Shown piece by piece: positions 53,302 to 62,902 of a DNA stretch of 64,000 nt. The stretch covers positions 1 to 64,000 of the forward strand of contig CAXXIN010000016.1 of assembly GCA_963665275.2 (NCBI GenBank), given 5' to 3'. The DNA comes from Negativicutes bacterium (lineage in GTDB: Bacteria; Bacillota; Negativicutes; UBA1444). Position 1 is the stretch's first letter. Each line of letters begins with the position of its first letter. The position numbers were made by a program, and so were the translations under genes. The notes under the pieces were generated by a model. That model did no database searches and was not told where the DNA came from. It saw only the letters and a list, made by a program, of their open reading frames with translations.

Positions 53302-54282
53302 TTATACTACCTCAAACGGATTCTTTTGCCCTTCCTTGAATAAACAACAGCCGCTGATCGCGTGCTTGACCATGTCGTTAACCGCCTGATCGGTATAAAA
53401 AGCAGTGTGCGGGGTCAGGATGACGTTGGGAAAACTCTTCAAGATCGCCATTTCCTGATTGCCAAGAACTTGTGAGGTTAAATTTAAATAGTACAGTCCA
53501 AATTCGTTCTCAAGTACGTCCAATGCTGCAGCGCCCACTTTGCCGCTCTTGATACTTCTTATCAATGCCTGTGTATCAATCAGACCGCCTCTGGCGGTAT
53601 TTATTATAATAACGCCATTTTTCATCTTGTTCAATGTTTCGTCGTTAAGCAGATGGTAATTTTCAGGGGTGGACGGGGCATGAAGAGTAACGATATCAAC
53701 GTTTCTCAATAGGGTCTCTAAATCAACATATTTCGCATGTTTTTTCACTTCTTCATTGGGACAGATATCGTAAGCCAATATTTTACAGCCAAAACCGCTT
53801 AAATGTTGAATGAGTGTTTTGCCAATTTTCCCTGTACCAATTATGCCAACAGTACATTCTGATAGTTCGATCCCTCTTTTGCCTGCCAAAGAAAAATCCT
53901 GTACGGCATGACGGTCCATGATGCTCTTGACCTTCCGACATGACATCAGCATCAGCATAATCGCATAATTCGCAACGCTATTGGGCGAGTAGGCAACCGT
54001 GCTGATTTTTAGTCCCAATTCTTTTGCTTTGACCAAATCAAAATGTTCAAAACCGACAGATCGGCTGGTTATATATTTGATGCCAAAGTCATGAAATCGC
54101 TGCAAAATGTTTGCATTCATGTCGGATACGATAATGCTTACTCCTTCATAACCTTTAACCAGAGCAGCATTATCGATACTCGGATATTCTTTGGAGAATC
54201 CGATTTCAACACCGTATTCTTTGGAATATTTTTCGAAAAATTCCGCTTCGTCATCCCGGTAGTTATACACAAAGATCCTCAT
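53302..54282 (-). CDS. D-isomer-specific 2-hydroxyacid dehydrogenase (D-LDH/FldH-like)
   Basis: YSPNSVA, GIIGTGKIG, INTARG, AALDVLE, TPHTAFYT. Confidence 0.92.
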   Translation of the reverse strand: MRIFVYNYRDDEAEFFEKYSKEYGVEIGFSKEYPSIDNAALVKGYEGVSIIVSDMNANILQRFHDFGIKYITSRSVGFEHFDLVKAKELGLKISTVAYSPNSVANYAIMLMLMSCRKVKSIMDRHAVQDFSLAGKRGIELSECTVGIIGTGKIGKTLIQHLSGFGCKILAYDICPNEEVKKHAKYVDLETLLRNVDIVTLHAPSTPENYHLLNDETLNKMKNGVIIINTARGGLIDTQALIRSIKSGKVGAAALDVLENEFGLYYLNLTSQVLGNQEMAILKSFPNVILTPHTAFYTDQAVNDMVKHAISGCCLFKEGQKNPFEVV

Positions 54283-54460
54283 CGCTACTAGTATCCTCCT
54301 ACAGTTTTATACGTGTACTTTTTTCGCTGGGTCCAGCATCTTCAAGCTATCGTTTTGAATTCGCTCACGTTTCAGCCGAGATCTTTTCAGGGACAATTAG
54401 TTCATTTATTCAATTACAGTCTATCTTCGCGTATAAATACATTTGCACGGTGAATAACCT

Positions 54461-54477
54461 AGCAATTATCGTGCCAG
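54461..54477 (-). promoter_or_regulatory. sigma54 promoter
   Basis: Minus strand CTGGCACGATAATTGCT (GG-N10-GC). Confidence 0.87.
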
Positions 54478-54660
54478 AAAATATTGTTCAACAACAAATG
54501 CTTTACTTGAGATTGTTAACCAACAATATACTCCTTGATGTTGTTGATATTATTGCTTTTTGTGCGCCGTGTATACATTTAATAAACACAGCCGAGATCA
54601 GATCGCTATAGGGATCATTGTGATAAAAAATTAATAATTGCGTTTTCTAGAGCCCGCAAC

Positions 54661-54696
54661 TATGTGAAACCGCATCGCTTGATGCGGTTTTGCATC
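54661..54696. promoter_or_regulatory. Putative activator binding sites (GATG-N8-CATC pair)
   Basis: TATGTGAAACCGCATC, 4-bp gap, GATGCGGTTTTGCATC; ~185-220 bp upstream of the minus-strand sigma54 promoter. Confidence 0.6.
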
Positions 54697-54904
54697 AGAA
54701 AATATAACATCAAATAAGATTTAACATTATTATTGCCTATTCATATGTTGAGTAGTGAGTTTTATTAAAAAAATGCGATTGGAACGATTGCTGCATGAAC
54801 AAAAAAGCCCGCACGTACTAGTACGTTCAGGCCAATCGCTGAATGCGCAATCTATTGCGACATAGTAATGCTGGGCAATTAAGTGTAATGAGCGGAAAAA
54901 AATA

Positions 54905-55720
54905 TCAATCGTTTTGAAAAGAAAGATCCAGTGGGTTGCGATTCGGCAACCGTCGAAATCCGTATTGGGGATAGCCGACCATGAGGGCTCCCGTCGGTTT
55001 TTTGCCGCTAGGAACTTCGAGCAACTCCAACAGCGGAGAGAAGCCTGAAAAAGCAGCTGCCTCAAGCAATCCGGCCCAGCAAGTTCCCAGGCCGATACTC
55101 GGTGCGAACAAGTCGACATAGGATAGAGAGAGCAAGGTGTTCTCCCGGCCGCGCGCAAATTTTATATCGGCGAGTCCCAGTACAAGAGCCGGCGCATCTC
55201 GCAAAATCGAATCGCGGGCATATTCTCGGTACATCGACACATATTGAGCATAAGTTTTGGCAGCAGGAGAATGTTGCTGTTCTGGAGCCTCCATCCAGAC
55301 AATCGTTTGCTCTGTGAGGGCGTGCAACGTTTCCGGCCGATCAATAACGCAGTAGGAGATACCCTGAGAATTGCCGCCTGAAGGCGCGAATCGGGCAATA
55401 TCTATCAGCTCGCGCAGTTTTTCGCGCGGAACAGGCTTGGTTTTGTAGCCGCGCATGGAGCGCCGTGAGCGCAGAAATAAGCGGGCTGCCGCTTCGCTGG
55501 GGACGTAGCCGGCTTCTAACGGGACTTGCCCGGCGAGCGGCGCCCGACAATTGTCGAGCGCTTTTATGGGGCAGACGGCCACACACTGTCCGCAGGCGAT
55601 GCATAGCTCGGCATGATTGTCTGTGGGCCATGGTGATAAATGAATCAACCCTCGCGGACAGACGGCGGCGCACAGCCCGCACTTGACGCAGAGGTGTTGA
55701 TCGGCAGTTAGCAGTTGCAT
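54905..55720 (-). CDS. Nitroreductase family protein with N-terminal 2x[4Fe-4S] ferredoxin
   Basis: CVKCGLCAAVCP, CIACGQCVAVCP, RRSMR, APSGGNSQ, GLGTCWAG, GYP. Confidence 0.9.
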   Translation of the reverse strand: MQLLTADQHLCVKCGLCAAVCPRGLIHLSPWPTDNHAELCIACGQCVAVCPIKALDNCRAPLAGQVPLEAGYVPSEAAARLFLRSRRSMRGYKTKPVPREKLRELIDIARFAPSGGNSQGISYCVIDRPETLHALTEQTIVWMEAPEQQHSPAAKTYAQYVSMYREYARDSILRDAPALVLGLADIKFARGRENTLLSLSYVDLFAPSIGLGTCWAGLLEAAAFSGFSPLLELLEVPSGKKPTGALMVGYPQYGFRRLPNRNPLDLSFQND

Positions 55721-55780
55721 TGGCGTCTATCCTTTCTCGGAGCAGTGCCCGAAATTGCAGAAAGTGGGGAAAAGTGCAGG

Positions 55781-56077
55781 TTACAGTGCGACCTGTTCGC
55801 CTTGATACACGGCGACGACTGTTTTTGCTGCCAGCAGGTCTTTCGACTGTTTGCGCCATTCGGCAATATGCGCGGAGGCGGCGTGTGTTCGCAAGGCATC
55901 CAAACTAGCCCATTCCTCCACAAACATGCAGCTGCCGGGATCATAGGAGTTGTCAAGCAGAATGTAACTGATACAGCCTTCTTCCGCATTCGTGGCTGCA
56001 ATAACCGTTTTGGCCAGGGTCAGCAACTCTTGCTTACATTCGGGTTTGACCGAGACTTTTGCGATAACAATAACCAT
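55781..56077 (-). CDS. ABM-family (putative quinol monooxygenase) protein
   Basis: EEGCISY, FVEEW.S.DAL..H..SAH; GGAGG RBS. Confidence 0.85.
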   Translation of the reverse strand: MVIVIAKVSVKPECKQELLTLAKTVIAATNAEEGCISYILLDNSYDPGSCMFVEEWASLDALRTHAASAHIAEWRKQSKDLLAAKTVVAVYQGEQVAL

Positions 56078-56363
56078 TAATATGAGCCTCCTTAAAAATC
56101 TTTAATATTAGCTTTTTTCGTCAACATAGGGTTTGATTCCTGCAGGGTCTACGTTGGATGAATGAAAGAAAAAATCTCTATCACTATTTGTGCTCAAAAG
56201 GAGAAGCAGCTCTAAACCGCGAATGTTTCACGTGGAAATATTTCAAATCATGAAAATAGTGTTTGATGGATAATCGAGAAGAGCGGCAATGATATGTTTT
56301 TGGAAATACGCGTGTCAGAAATCAGGCAAATTGGGCTGAATGCAGGGAGGAATGGCGCAAGAG

Positions 56364-57377
56364 ATGAAGGCAATCTATTTGCAGTCTCCAGGTAACATCG
56401 TCATGACCGAGGTTTCCCAGCGTTCTCGTAAACCGGACGAAATATTGATTCGGGTTCGCAGTCTGGGAATTTGCGGCTCGGATATTGGAGCTTTCATGGG
56501 AACAAACCCGTTGGTATCTTATCCGCGGATTGTCGGACATGAAGTTGCAGGCGAAGTCGTTGAAATTCCGTCAAATGAGAAACACCTTGCGGTCGGCGAC
56601 CATGTTGTCTTGGAGCCTTATGTTTTCTGCGGCAAATGCTACCCGTGCCAAAACAATAAGACCAATTGTTGTGAAAACCTGACAGTCCTTGGGGTGCATA
56701 TCGATGGTGCAATGGCTGAATATTTTTCACATCCTCGTCACTTGGTTCACAAAGTTCCCAAAGATATTGCCTGGAATTTGCTGGCGATGGTTGAGCCGCT
56801 GACGATTTCCATGCATGCGGTCAAGCGCAGCCGCGTCAAATTCGGCGAGCATGTTGTGATTACCGGGGCTGGACCGATAGGGCTTTTGGCGGCCCAGTAC
56901 GCGTTGACACTCGGGGCGGTGCCGGTCATGGTGGACCCGGTGGAAGAACGGCTGAAGTTTGCCAAAAAAACGGGGATTGATCATGTCGTCAATCCGATAC
57001 AAACAGATGCAGTAAAGGTGATTAAATCAATCACAGGCGACCGGCTGGCAGAAGTGGTGATTGAAGCATCAGGAAACGCAGCCGCAATTCGCAGCAGCAT
57101 AGACTATGTTGCCTATGCGGGGAGGATCGCGTTGGTCGGCTGGCCCAAGAGTGAAATTTCATTGCCTACGGCATTTTTCACCAAGAAAGAACTCGACATC
57201 GTGGGTTCCCGGAATAGTTTTCACGATTTCCCGGAAAGTATAGGCTTGATTGCTCAGAAAAAAGTTGATGTGGCAGCCTTGATCACTAAAACCATCCCGT
57301 TTGCAGCGGTGCCGGAACTCATCGCTGATATTGCGGCGCATCCCGGCAACTATTTGAAAGTTGTCGCTCTGTTGTAA
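56364..57377 (+). CDS. Zn-dependent MDR dehydrogenase (L-galactonate/L-gulonate 5-dehydrogenase-like)
   Basis: GICGSD, YPRIVGHE, CGKCYPC...C, GAGPIG, GSRN. Start uncertain (56340-56364). Confidence 0.85.
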   Translation: MKAIYLQSPGNIVMTEVSQRSRKPDEILIRVRSLGICGSDIGAFMGTNPLVSYPRIVGHEVAGEVVEIPSNEKHLAVGDHVVLEPYVFCGKCYPCQNNKTNCCENLTVLGVHIDGAMAEYFSHPRHLVHKVPKDIAWNLLAMVEPLTISMHAVKRSRVKFGEHVVITGAGPIGLLAAQYALTLGAVPVMVDPVEERLKFAKKTGIDHVVNPIQTDAVKVIKSITGDRLAEVVIEASGNAAAIRSSIDYVAYAGRIALVGWPKSEISLPTAFFTKKELDIVGSRNSFHDFPESIGLIAQKKVDVAALITKTIPFAAVPELIADIAAHPGNYLKVVALL

Positions 57378-57422
57378 AGGCTGATAAAACGATTACCACG
57401 TTGACGCAGATGCTAATGCCAA

Positions 57423-57461
57423 ACAAGAAGCCCAGCTCCGTAATGGAGCTGGGCTTCTTGT
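57423..57461. terminator. Terminator between convergent genes
   Basis: Perfect 17-bp inverted repeat ACAAGAAGCCCAGCTCC / GGAGCTGGGCTTCTTGT. Confidence 0.8.
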
Positions 57462-57517
57462 ACTGTTCGATATTAAGAATGTTGCTGACATGAATGAAGA
57501 GGGATGATCGCTGTGAA

Positions 57518-58507
57518 TTACTGCACTTTGGCGACAATTTTTTCGATTTCGATGGATTTTTTCAGCATACCGTTTTGAATCAGGAAATCCTGCGTGCGTT
57601 TCAATTCTTCGATGTCGGAAGGTTTGACAGTTGGGTCGAAATCGTACCAGGGGTACATCTGCTTCACGGCGTCAAGCGCCAACCCCGTTTCCTCGGCCGT
57701 CATCTTTAAAGCTTCTTCTGGGTTGGATTTGAGTTCGGCTAAGGCAGTATTGTGTACTTGCAGGAATCGTTTGACGAGGCCGGGGTATTTTTGTAGAAAC
57801 GGTCCGCTGACGGCTGTCACGATGGTGGCTTCCACCAGTCCTTCGCCGTTGGTCAGAATCCGTGCACCGGCTTTTTCGGCTCGAATCGCATCAGGTCCGG
57901 CCGAGAGGGCGGCGGCAACGCTACCGTTCATAAGGGCGGCGGTTGAACTGGGGAGATCCATTGAGACGAACTCGATATCGTCTGGCTTCATGCCATTCTT
58001 TGCGAGTGAAGCCAGGATGAGCTGATGCAGAATGGTTCCTTTGGGACCGGCAACTTTTTTGCCTTTCAAATCGGTGATTTTCTGAATGGAATCGCCTTTA
58101 ACAAGCACCACAAACGCTTTTGGGGCCCGGCTGTAGATTCCAATTATCTTCAGATCAACACCGTTAGCGGCTGCGAGGATGGCCGAGGTTCCGCCCAAAC
58201 AATGGGCAAAATCCAACGAACCGGCTGCCAGGGCTTCGGTTTGTTTTGACCCGACGGTGATTTCAGGGAAAGTGACTTTGATATTGTCTTTGGCGAACTC
58301 TTTTTCAAAAGAGTTCATCTTCTTCTCAATGATGGAAGGCACGTTGAGTGGGGCTTTGACATAGGTGATGCTGATGGACGCCGGATTTTGCGCTGCAGGC
58401 TTGGCCTCAGGCTGCGACGGCGTGACGGGGCTTTTTCCGCAACCCGTTAGGGTTAGTAGTAGCGACAAGATCAGGACGAAAGAGAGTACAAGTGAGTTTC
58501 GTTTCAT
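57518..58507 (-). CDS. SsuA/TauA/NrtA-family ABC substrate-binding lipoprotein
   Basis: Lipobox LTGC, ALAAGSLDF, DLKGKKVAGPKGT. Confidence 0.85.
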   Translation of the reverse strand: MKRNSLVLSFVLILSLLLTLTGCGKSPVTPSQPEAKPAAQNPASISITYVKAPLNVPSIIEKKMNSFEKEFAKDNIKVTFPEITVGSKQTEALAAGSLDFAHCLGGTSAILAAANGVDLKIIGIYSRAPKAFVVLVKGDSIQKITDLKGKKVAGPKGTILHQLILASLAKNGMKPDDIEFVSMDLPSSTAALMNGSVAAALSAGPDAIRAEKAGARILTNGEGLVEATIVTAVSGPFLQKYPGLVKRFLQVHNTALAELKSNPEEALKMTAEETGLALDAVKQMYPWYDFDPTVKPSDIEELKRTQDFLIQNGMLKKSIEIEKIVAKVQ

Positions 58508-58585
58508 TTTGCTACCTCCAGTTTCGTTGAAGAATTTGCGTCTCGATTTGCGACAGGGTCGTATCGTCGGGTTTTGGGCTGTTGT

Positions 58586-59323
58586 TTAAAAGCCGCCGAG
58601 TGAATCCAGAATATCCTGTTGCACCCGCAAGAAGTCTTTATGGGTTGGGTCACGTGGATAAGGCATCTCGACAGGGATTTCTCTGACGAGTGTTCCGGCA
58701 TCCATCACCAGGATTTTCTGTCCCAGATAGATAGCCTCGGTGACATCATGAGTGACGAAAATCAGAGTCTTCTTTTGCTTCAGGAACAAATCCGTCATTT
58801 CCCGCTGCAATCTCTTGCGGGTAAAATAGTCGAGGGCTCCGAACGGCTCATCCATCAAGATGAGGTCTGGGTCGTAGCACAAGGTTCTTCCCAGAGCTAC
58901 CCGCTGAGCCATGCCGCCGGAGAGCTGCGAAGGATAGGCGTCGCGGAAGGATTGCAATCCGAGCTGGTTGAGCGTTGGGGTAACAATGGCGGATACTGTG
59001 GTCGGAGGAAGCGTCTTATCCAGCGAAAATGCCATGTTTTCATAAACGGTAAGCCAGGGCATCAGTCGGGGTTCTTGAAAAACAAAGCCGGTTTTGGGTG
59101 AGTTTTGTTGGTTTTGGAGATCCGACCATTGAATTTGGCCGGAGCTCTTCTGCTCCAGGCCGCCTAAAAGACGCAACAGCGTGGTTTTGCCGCAGCCGCT
59201 TTTGCCGACAATAACTGTGAAGCTGCCATGAGCGATCGTGGCGCTCACGTTATTCACAGCATCGATTGATTGTTCCCCCAGAACAAATTGTTTGGAGAGA
59301 TTCTGCAGCTTAGCCCCGGCCAT
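58586..59323 (-). CDS. ABC transporter ATPase (SsuB/TauB-like)
   Basis: GKSGCGKTT, FQEPRLMPW, LSGGMAQR, MDEPFGALD, VTHD. Confidence 0.9.
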   Translation of the reverse strand: MAGAKLQNLSKQFVLGEQSIDAVNNVSATIAHGSFTVIVGKSGCGKTTLLRLLGGLEQKSSGQIQWSDLQNQQNSPKTGFVFQEPRLMPWLTVYENMAFSLDKTLPPTTVSAIVTPTLNQLGLQSFRDAYPSQLSGGMAQRVALGRTLCYDPDLILMDEPFGALDYFTRKRLQREMTDLFLKQKKTLIFVTHDVTEAIYLGQKILVMDAGTLVREIPVEMPYPRDPTHKDFLRVQQDILDSLGGF

Positions 59324-60089
59324 AGTCGGTTTCCTCTCCTTCTTTCCACGGGACGAGTTTCTTTGCCAAGTGAAAGAAGACCCAGTCAATTAATGTACCC
59401 ATAATTCCAATGGTCAGAATGCCGACAATCACGATATCGGGGCGGGATAATTGTTCTGCATCCAAAATCATGTAACCGATGCCGGACGAAGCCGCAATCA
59501 ACTCGGCGCCGACCAACGCCCGCCAACTGTAACCAAGACCGAGCCTCATGCCGACGATGATCGAAGGCAGTGCTGCTGGAAGAACAACATAGCGGAGAAT
59601 TCGGCGCCGGTCCATGCCGAAGGATTTTGCGACTTCAACCAATTTGATATCACAGCTCCCGACTCCGTGCAGCGTGTTAAAAAAAATCGGGAAAAATGTC
59701 GCCATAATCACGATGAGGAGTTTGGGCAACTCGCCAATGCCGAACCATAGGATCAGGATTGGGATGGTTGCCAGCGGAGGAATATGCCGGAGGCATTCGA
59801 GAGAAACGTGCAGATACGGATTCCAGTTCTTGTTCATTCCCAGTAGGACTGCGATCGGAAAAGCTAACAGCAGTGCAGCGCTAAAACCAGCGAATACCCG
59901 AAAAATGCTGATAAGGAGGTGTCTGGACAAGGAACCGTCTCCAAGGGCTAGCAAAAAAGCATCTGCAACTTCAGTAGGCGGCGGAATAATATAAGCGTTC
60001 CATAATGCATAATGGGACCCTACAGCCCAAAGAAACAGGAAAATTAAGGGGATATAGAGTCCTTTGATAGTGTTGGTCGGGGTTCTCAT
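59310..60089 (-). CDS. ABC transporter permease (SsuC/TauC-like)
   Basis: IPPP.EV, IPPLA.IP.LILWFGIGE, LPAALPSI, AELIAASSGIG. Confidence 0.9.
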   Translation of the reverse strand: MRTPTNTIKGLYIPLIFLFLWAVGSHYALWNAYIIPPPTEVADAFLLALGDGSLSRHLLISIFRVFAGFSAALLLAFPIAVLLGMNKNWNPYLHVSLECLRHIPPLATIPILILWFGIGELPKLLIVIMATFFPIFFNTLHGVGSCDIKLVEVAKSFGMDRRRILRYVVLPAALPSIIVGMRLGLGYSWRALVGAELIAASSGIGYMILDAEQLSRPDIVIVGILTIGIMGTLIDWVFFHLAKKLVPWKEGEETDYGRG

Positions 60090-60125
60090 AGTTCAGGACT
60101 CCGCGTCACGATTTCCTCACCTGCC

Positions 60126-60256
60126 AAAAAAATAAACTCTGCGCGATTGGCGCAGAGCAGATGAACAGTGTGACACAAGATTGCCGAAGCAAGTGCATCA
60201 TTTCGTCCACCCCTCGGCGTCAGGCCTGCGCCCTGTTCCTCAGGAGTCCGTATATC
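60126..60256 (-). ncRNA. Candidate cis-regulatory RNA (riboswitch-like leader with terminator/antiterminator), class unassigned
   Basis: Lies between a TTGATA-N17-TATAAT promoter and the permease. Structured GC-rich leader ending in CUCUGCGC/GCGCAGAG plus U-tract; upstream GGCGCAG is complementary to the terminator 5' arm. Confidence 0.55.
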
Positions 60257-60262
60257 ATGTTA

Positions 60263-60291
60263 ATTATAAGCTGACGGAGAAAAATTATCAA
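60263..60291 (-). promoter_or_regulatory. sigmaA-type promoter
   Basis: Minus strand TTGATA-N17-TATAAT. Confidence 0.75.
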
Positions 60292-60300
60292 TATCACGTA

Positions 60301-60747
60301 TTACCAGTAAAAGCCCGGCACTTCACTTTTTTCTTTGCCACCGGCATTGAGATTTGTTTCGCCGTTGATTATGCGTTCGGCGCGTTCAAGGTTGTCGACC
60401 TTGATGACAACCCTGGCCTCGGTTGCAGAGGTGGATGCGAAAGCGTACAAATATTCAACGTTGATGCTCGCGTTACTCAGTTTATCAAGCTGAACCATCA
60501 ATCCGCCCGGGTTATCTTCGACGGTCAGCGTCAATACTGGCGTGGATTTTACGGCATAGCCTGATCCCCGGAGGATCCGTTCCACTTTTTCCGGGTCGTT
60601 GACTACAATGCGTAGAATGCCAAAGTCGGCGGTGTCGGCAACAGACAGGGCGCGTAGGTTGATCTCATGTTCCTTTAAAACGCGTAGAACGTCCACCAAA
60701 GTGCCCGGTCGATTTTCGACGAATACAGAAAGTTGTTGAATGATCAT
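60301..60747 (-). CDS. ACT-domain protein (tandem ACT)
   Basis: QLSVFVENRPG, INLRALSVADT.DFGILR, INVEYLYAF; usual partner of PaaK-like ligases. Confidence 0.88.
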   Translation of the reverse strand: MIIQQLSVFVENRPGTLVDVLRVLKEHEINLRALSVADTADFGILRIVVNDPEKVERILRGSGYAVKSTPVLTLTVEDNPGGLMVQLDKLSNASINVEYLYAFASTSATEARVVIKVDNLERAERIINGETNLNAGGKEKSEVPGFYW

Positions 60748-60764
60748 AATGCTCCTCCTTGTCG

Positions 60765-62063
60765 TCAGATATTCCTTTTGTCGATAACTCGTTTGGCTTT
60801 GCCCTCGCTGCGTTCAATTGTTTTGGGGCTGACTAGTCGTACCTTGGCGCTGACGCTCAAGGCACTTGCCAGTTCGGCTTCGATTTTGTGCTCGAGTACT
60901 TCCAGCCGCCGAATTTCATCAGAAAACATGCTTTCTGTCATTTCCACTAAAACGGTAAGATGATCGAGGTTATCGACCCGATCGACGATGAGTTGATAGT
61001 GGGGAGCTGTTTCTCCGAGTCCGAGCAGGACACTTTCCACCTGCGAAGGGAAGACGTTCACTCCTCGAATAATCAACATATCGTCGCTACGGCCCAAAAC
61101 TTTGCTCATACGGATCAACGTGCGGCCACATTCACAGGACTCGGAGGATAGAACGGTAAGGTCGCGCGTTCGGTAGCGCAGCATTGGCATGCCTTCCTTG
61201 GTAAGCGTAGTCAGCACTAACTCTCCCTTTTCACCATGCGGTAGCGATTGTCCTGTCAACGGGTCGATAATTTCCGGATAAAAATGATCTTCGTTGACGT
61301 GAAGGCCTGTTTGGCAGGCGCATTCGCTGGCGACTCCCGGCCCGATAATCTCACTGAGGCCATAGATGTCGAAAGCCTTGATGCCAAGCGCCTTTTCAAT
61401 TTCAAGACGCATTTTTTGCGACCAAGGTTCGGCGCCGAATACACCAGATTTCAGAGCCAAGGCGCTTGGGTCAATACCCATTTCCTTCATCGTTTCCGCG
61501 ATAAAGAGCGCATAAGAAGGCGTGCAGGCGATCATGGTTGTGCCGAAGTCTTTCATCAGCATGATCTGTCGTTGCGTGTTGCCGCTTGACACGGGGATCA
61601 CCGAAGCACCAACCGCTTCTGCGCCATAGTGGACGCCAAGGCCGCCGGTAAAGAGACCATATCCGTAGGCAACCTGAATGAAAGATTGTTTGTTGGCGCC
61701 TGCTGCGGTGAGTGTCCGAGCCATGACTTCGGACCAGATACCGAGATCCCGGCTGGTGTAGCCGACGACCGTGTGTTTGCCGGTGGTACCGCTGGATGCG
61801 TGCAGACGAACGATTTCTGCTAGAGGGACGGCAAACAGTCCGTATGGATAGTTGTCGCGCATGTCTTGTTTGCTAATGAAGGGGATTTTGCCGATGTCTT
61901 CCATTGAGCGGATTTCTTCCGGCAGCAGTCCGATTTTTTGCATCTGTTCACGATAAAAGGGTACCTGTCGATACGCCCGCCGTACTTGTTGAATCAATCG
62001 GGTGGACTGCAGTTCGGACATTTGCGTTCGATCCATGGTTTCCATAGGTTTGTTCCAATACAA
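60765..62063 (-). CDS. paaK: Phenylacetate-CoA ligase family protein
   Basis: [59 protein letters not shown] start after GGGAGG. Confidence 0.92.
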   Translation of the reverse strand: MYWNKPMETMDRTQMSELQSTRLIQQVRRAYRQVPFYREQMQKIGLLPEEIRSMEDIGKIPFISKQDMRDNYPYGLFAVPLAEIVRLHASSGTTGKHTVVGYTSRDLGIWSEVMARTLTAAGANKQSFIQVAYGYGLFTGGLGVHYGAEAVGASVIPVSSGNTQRQIMLMKDFGTTMIACTPSYALFIAETMKEMGIDPSALALKSGVFGAEPWSQKMRLEIEKALGIKAFDIYGLSEIIGPGVASECACQTGLHVNEDHFYPEIIDPLTGQSLPHGEKGELVLTTLTKEGMPMLRYRTRDLTVLSSESCECGRTLIRMSKVLGRSDDMLIIRGVNVFPSQVESVLLGLGETAPHYQLIVDRVDNLDHLTVLVEMTESMFSDEIRRLEVLEHKIEAELASALSVSAKVRLVSPKTIERSEGKAKRVIDKRNI

Positions 62064-62240
62064 AGCTGATTCCTCCCATCCTACAATGCTGCATTGACTA
62101 TCTAAAAAAGACCAAGCACAGAAATTATGAGGAGCGTTCACTTCGGGCGACTAACTCCGTGAGTTTGCACGTCGAAAATTGGTTGTCGAAACAAGGAGAA
62201 CATCAAAAGAGAAGAAAGACACGTAGCGACAATCTGCATG

Positions 62241-62250
62241 TTGTATACAA
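62241..62250. promoter_or_regulatory. GntR/FadR-type operator candidate
   Basis: Perfect palindrome TTGTATACAA upstream of paaK, with a nearby half-site TTGTATCA. Confidence 0.4.
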
Positions 62251-62902
62251 TATTATCAAGTATTGTATCAGCTGCTTGAAAACATCGCAAGAAGATAATT
62301 GCTAAAAATGAAAGCAGAAGTACGCCGGAAAAGGACTTAGCGGCCGTTAATAAAAACAAAGCACCGGAGACTGGTTAACTCGCGAATGAATTCCGAGGCG
62401 TGAGTAAAGGCATTTCGAGCGATAGATCTGCGAGTATCGTTGGTGTAAACTGCCGCCTCCAGACTGGATTTGTATTAAAAAAAATAGTACAATAAAAAAA
62501 TACGGAAACACAATTCCTTGAATTGTTGCTGTTAGTTAAATGAAACGTTGCCCCGTTTTTCTTCTGTTGACGTTATTCAATATGTAATTGCAGTGGAAAG
62601 GATGGTGTTTGCGGGATTCTCTTATTGACTTGTTGATTCTGCCTATTCCGGTTTTTTTCATCGCATCGCACGGTGGGCGGAGTACCCTTTGTTGCGATGG
62701 GCGGTAGAAAGACGTCGAAGTGGAACAACGTAACTGGCGCCGGTAATGCGGTGGAAGACTTGGGCGGTACCGAAGCAATCGGGGCCTCTTATTCTCAAAC
62801 CGACGGATTTGAAACAGGATCTTTAAACGGCGCAATCAGGCAGGTACCTTACATTCCCGCGAGGGTTGGGGATATGGGGTATGAATGGAAGGAGTAATGA
62901 AG

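Noticed and set aside
42838-54700. Mobile genomic island (the region looks more AT-rich by eye)
   Set aside because: No integrase, tRNA target or flanking direct repeats were seen, and composition was not computed.
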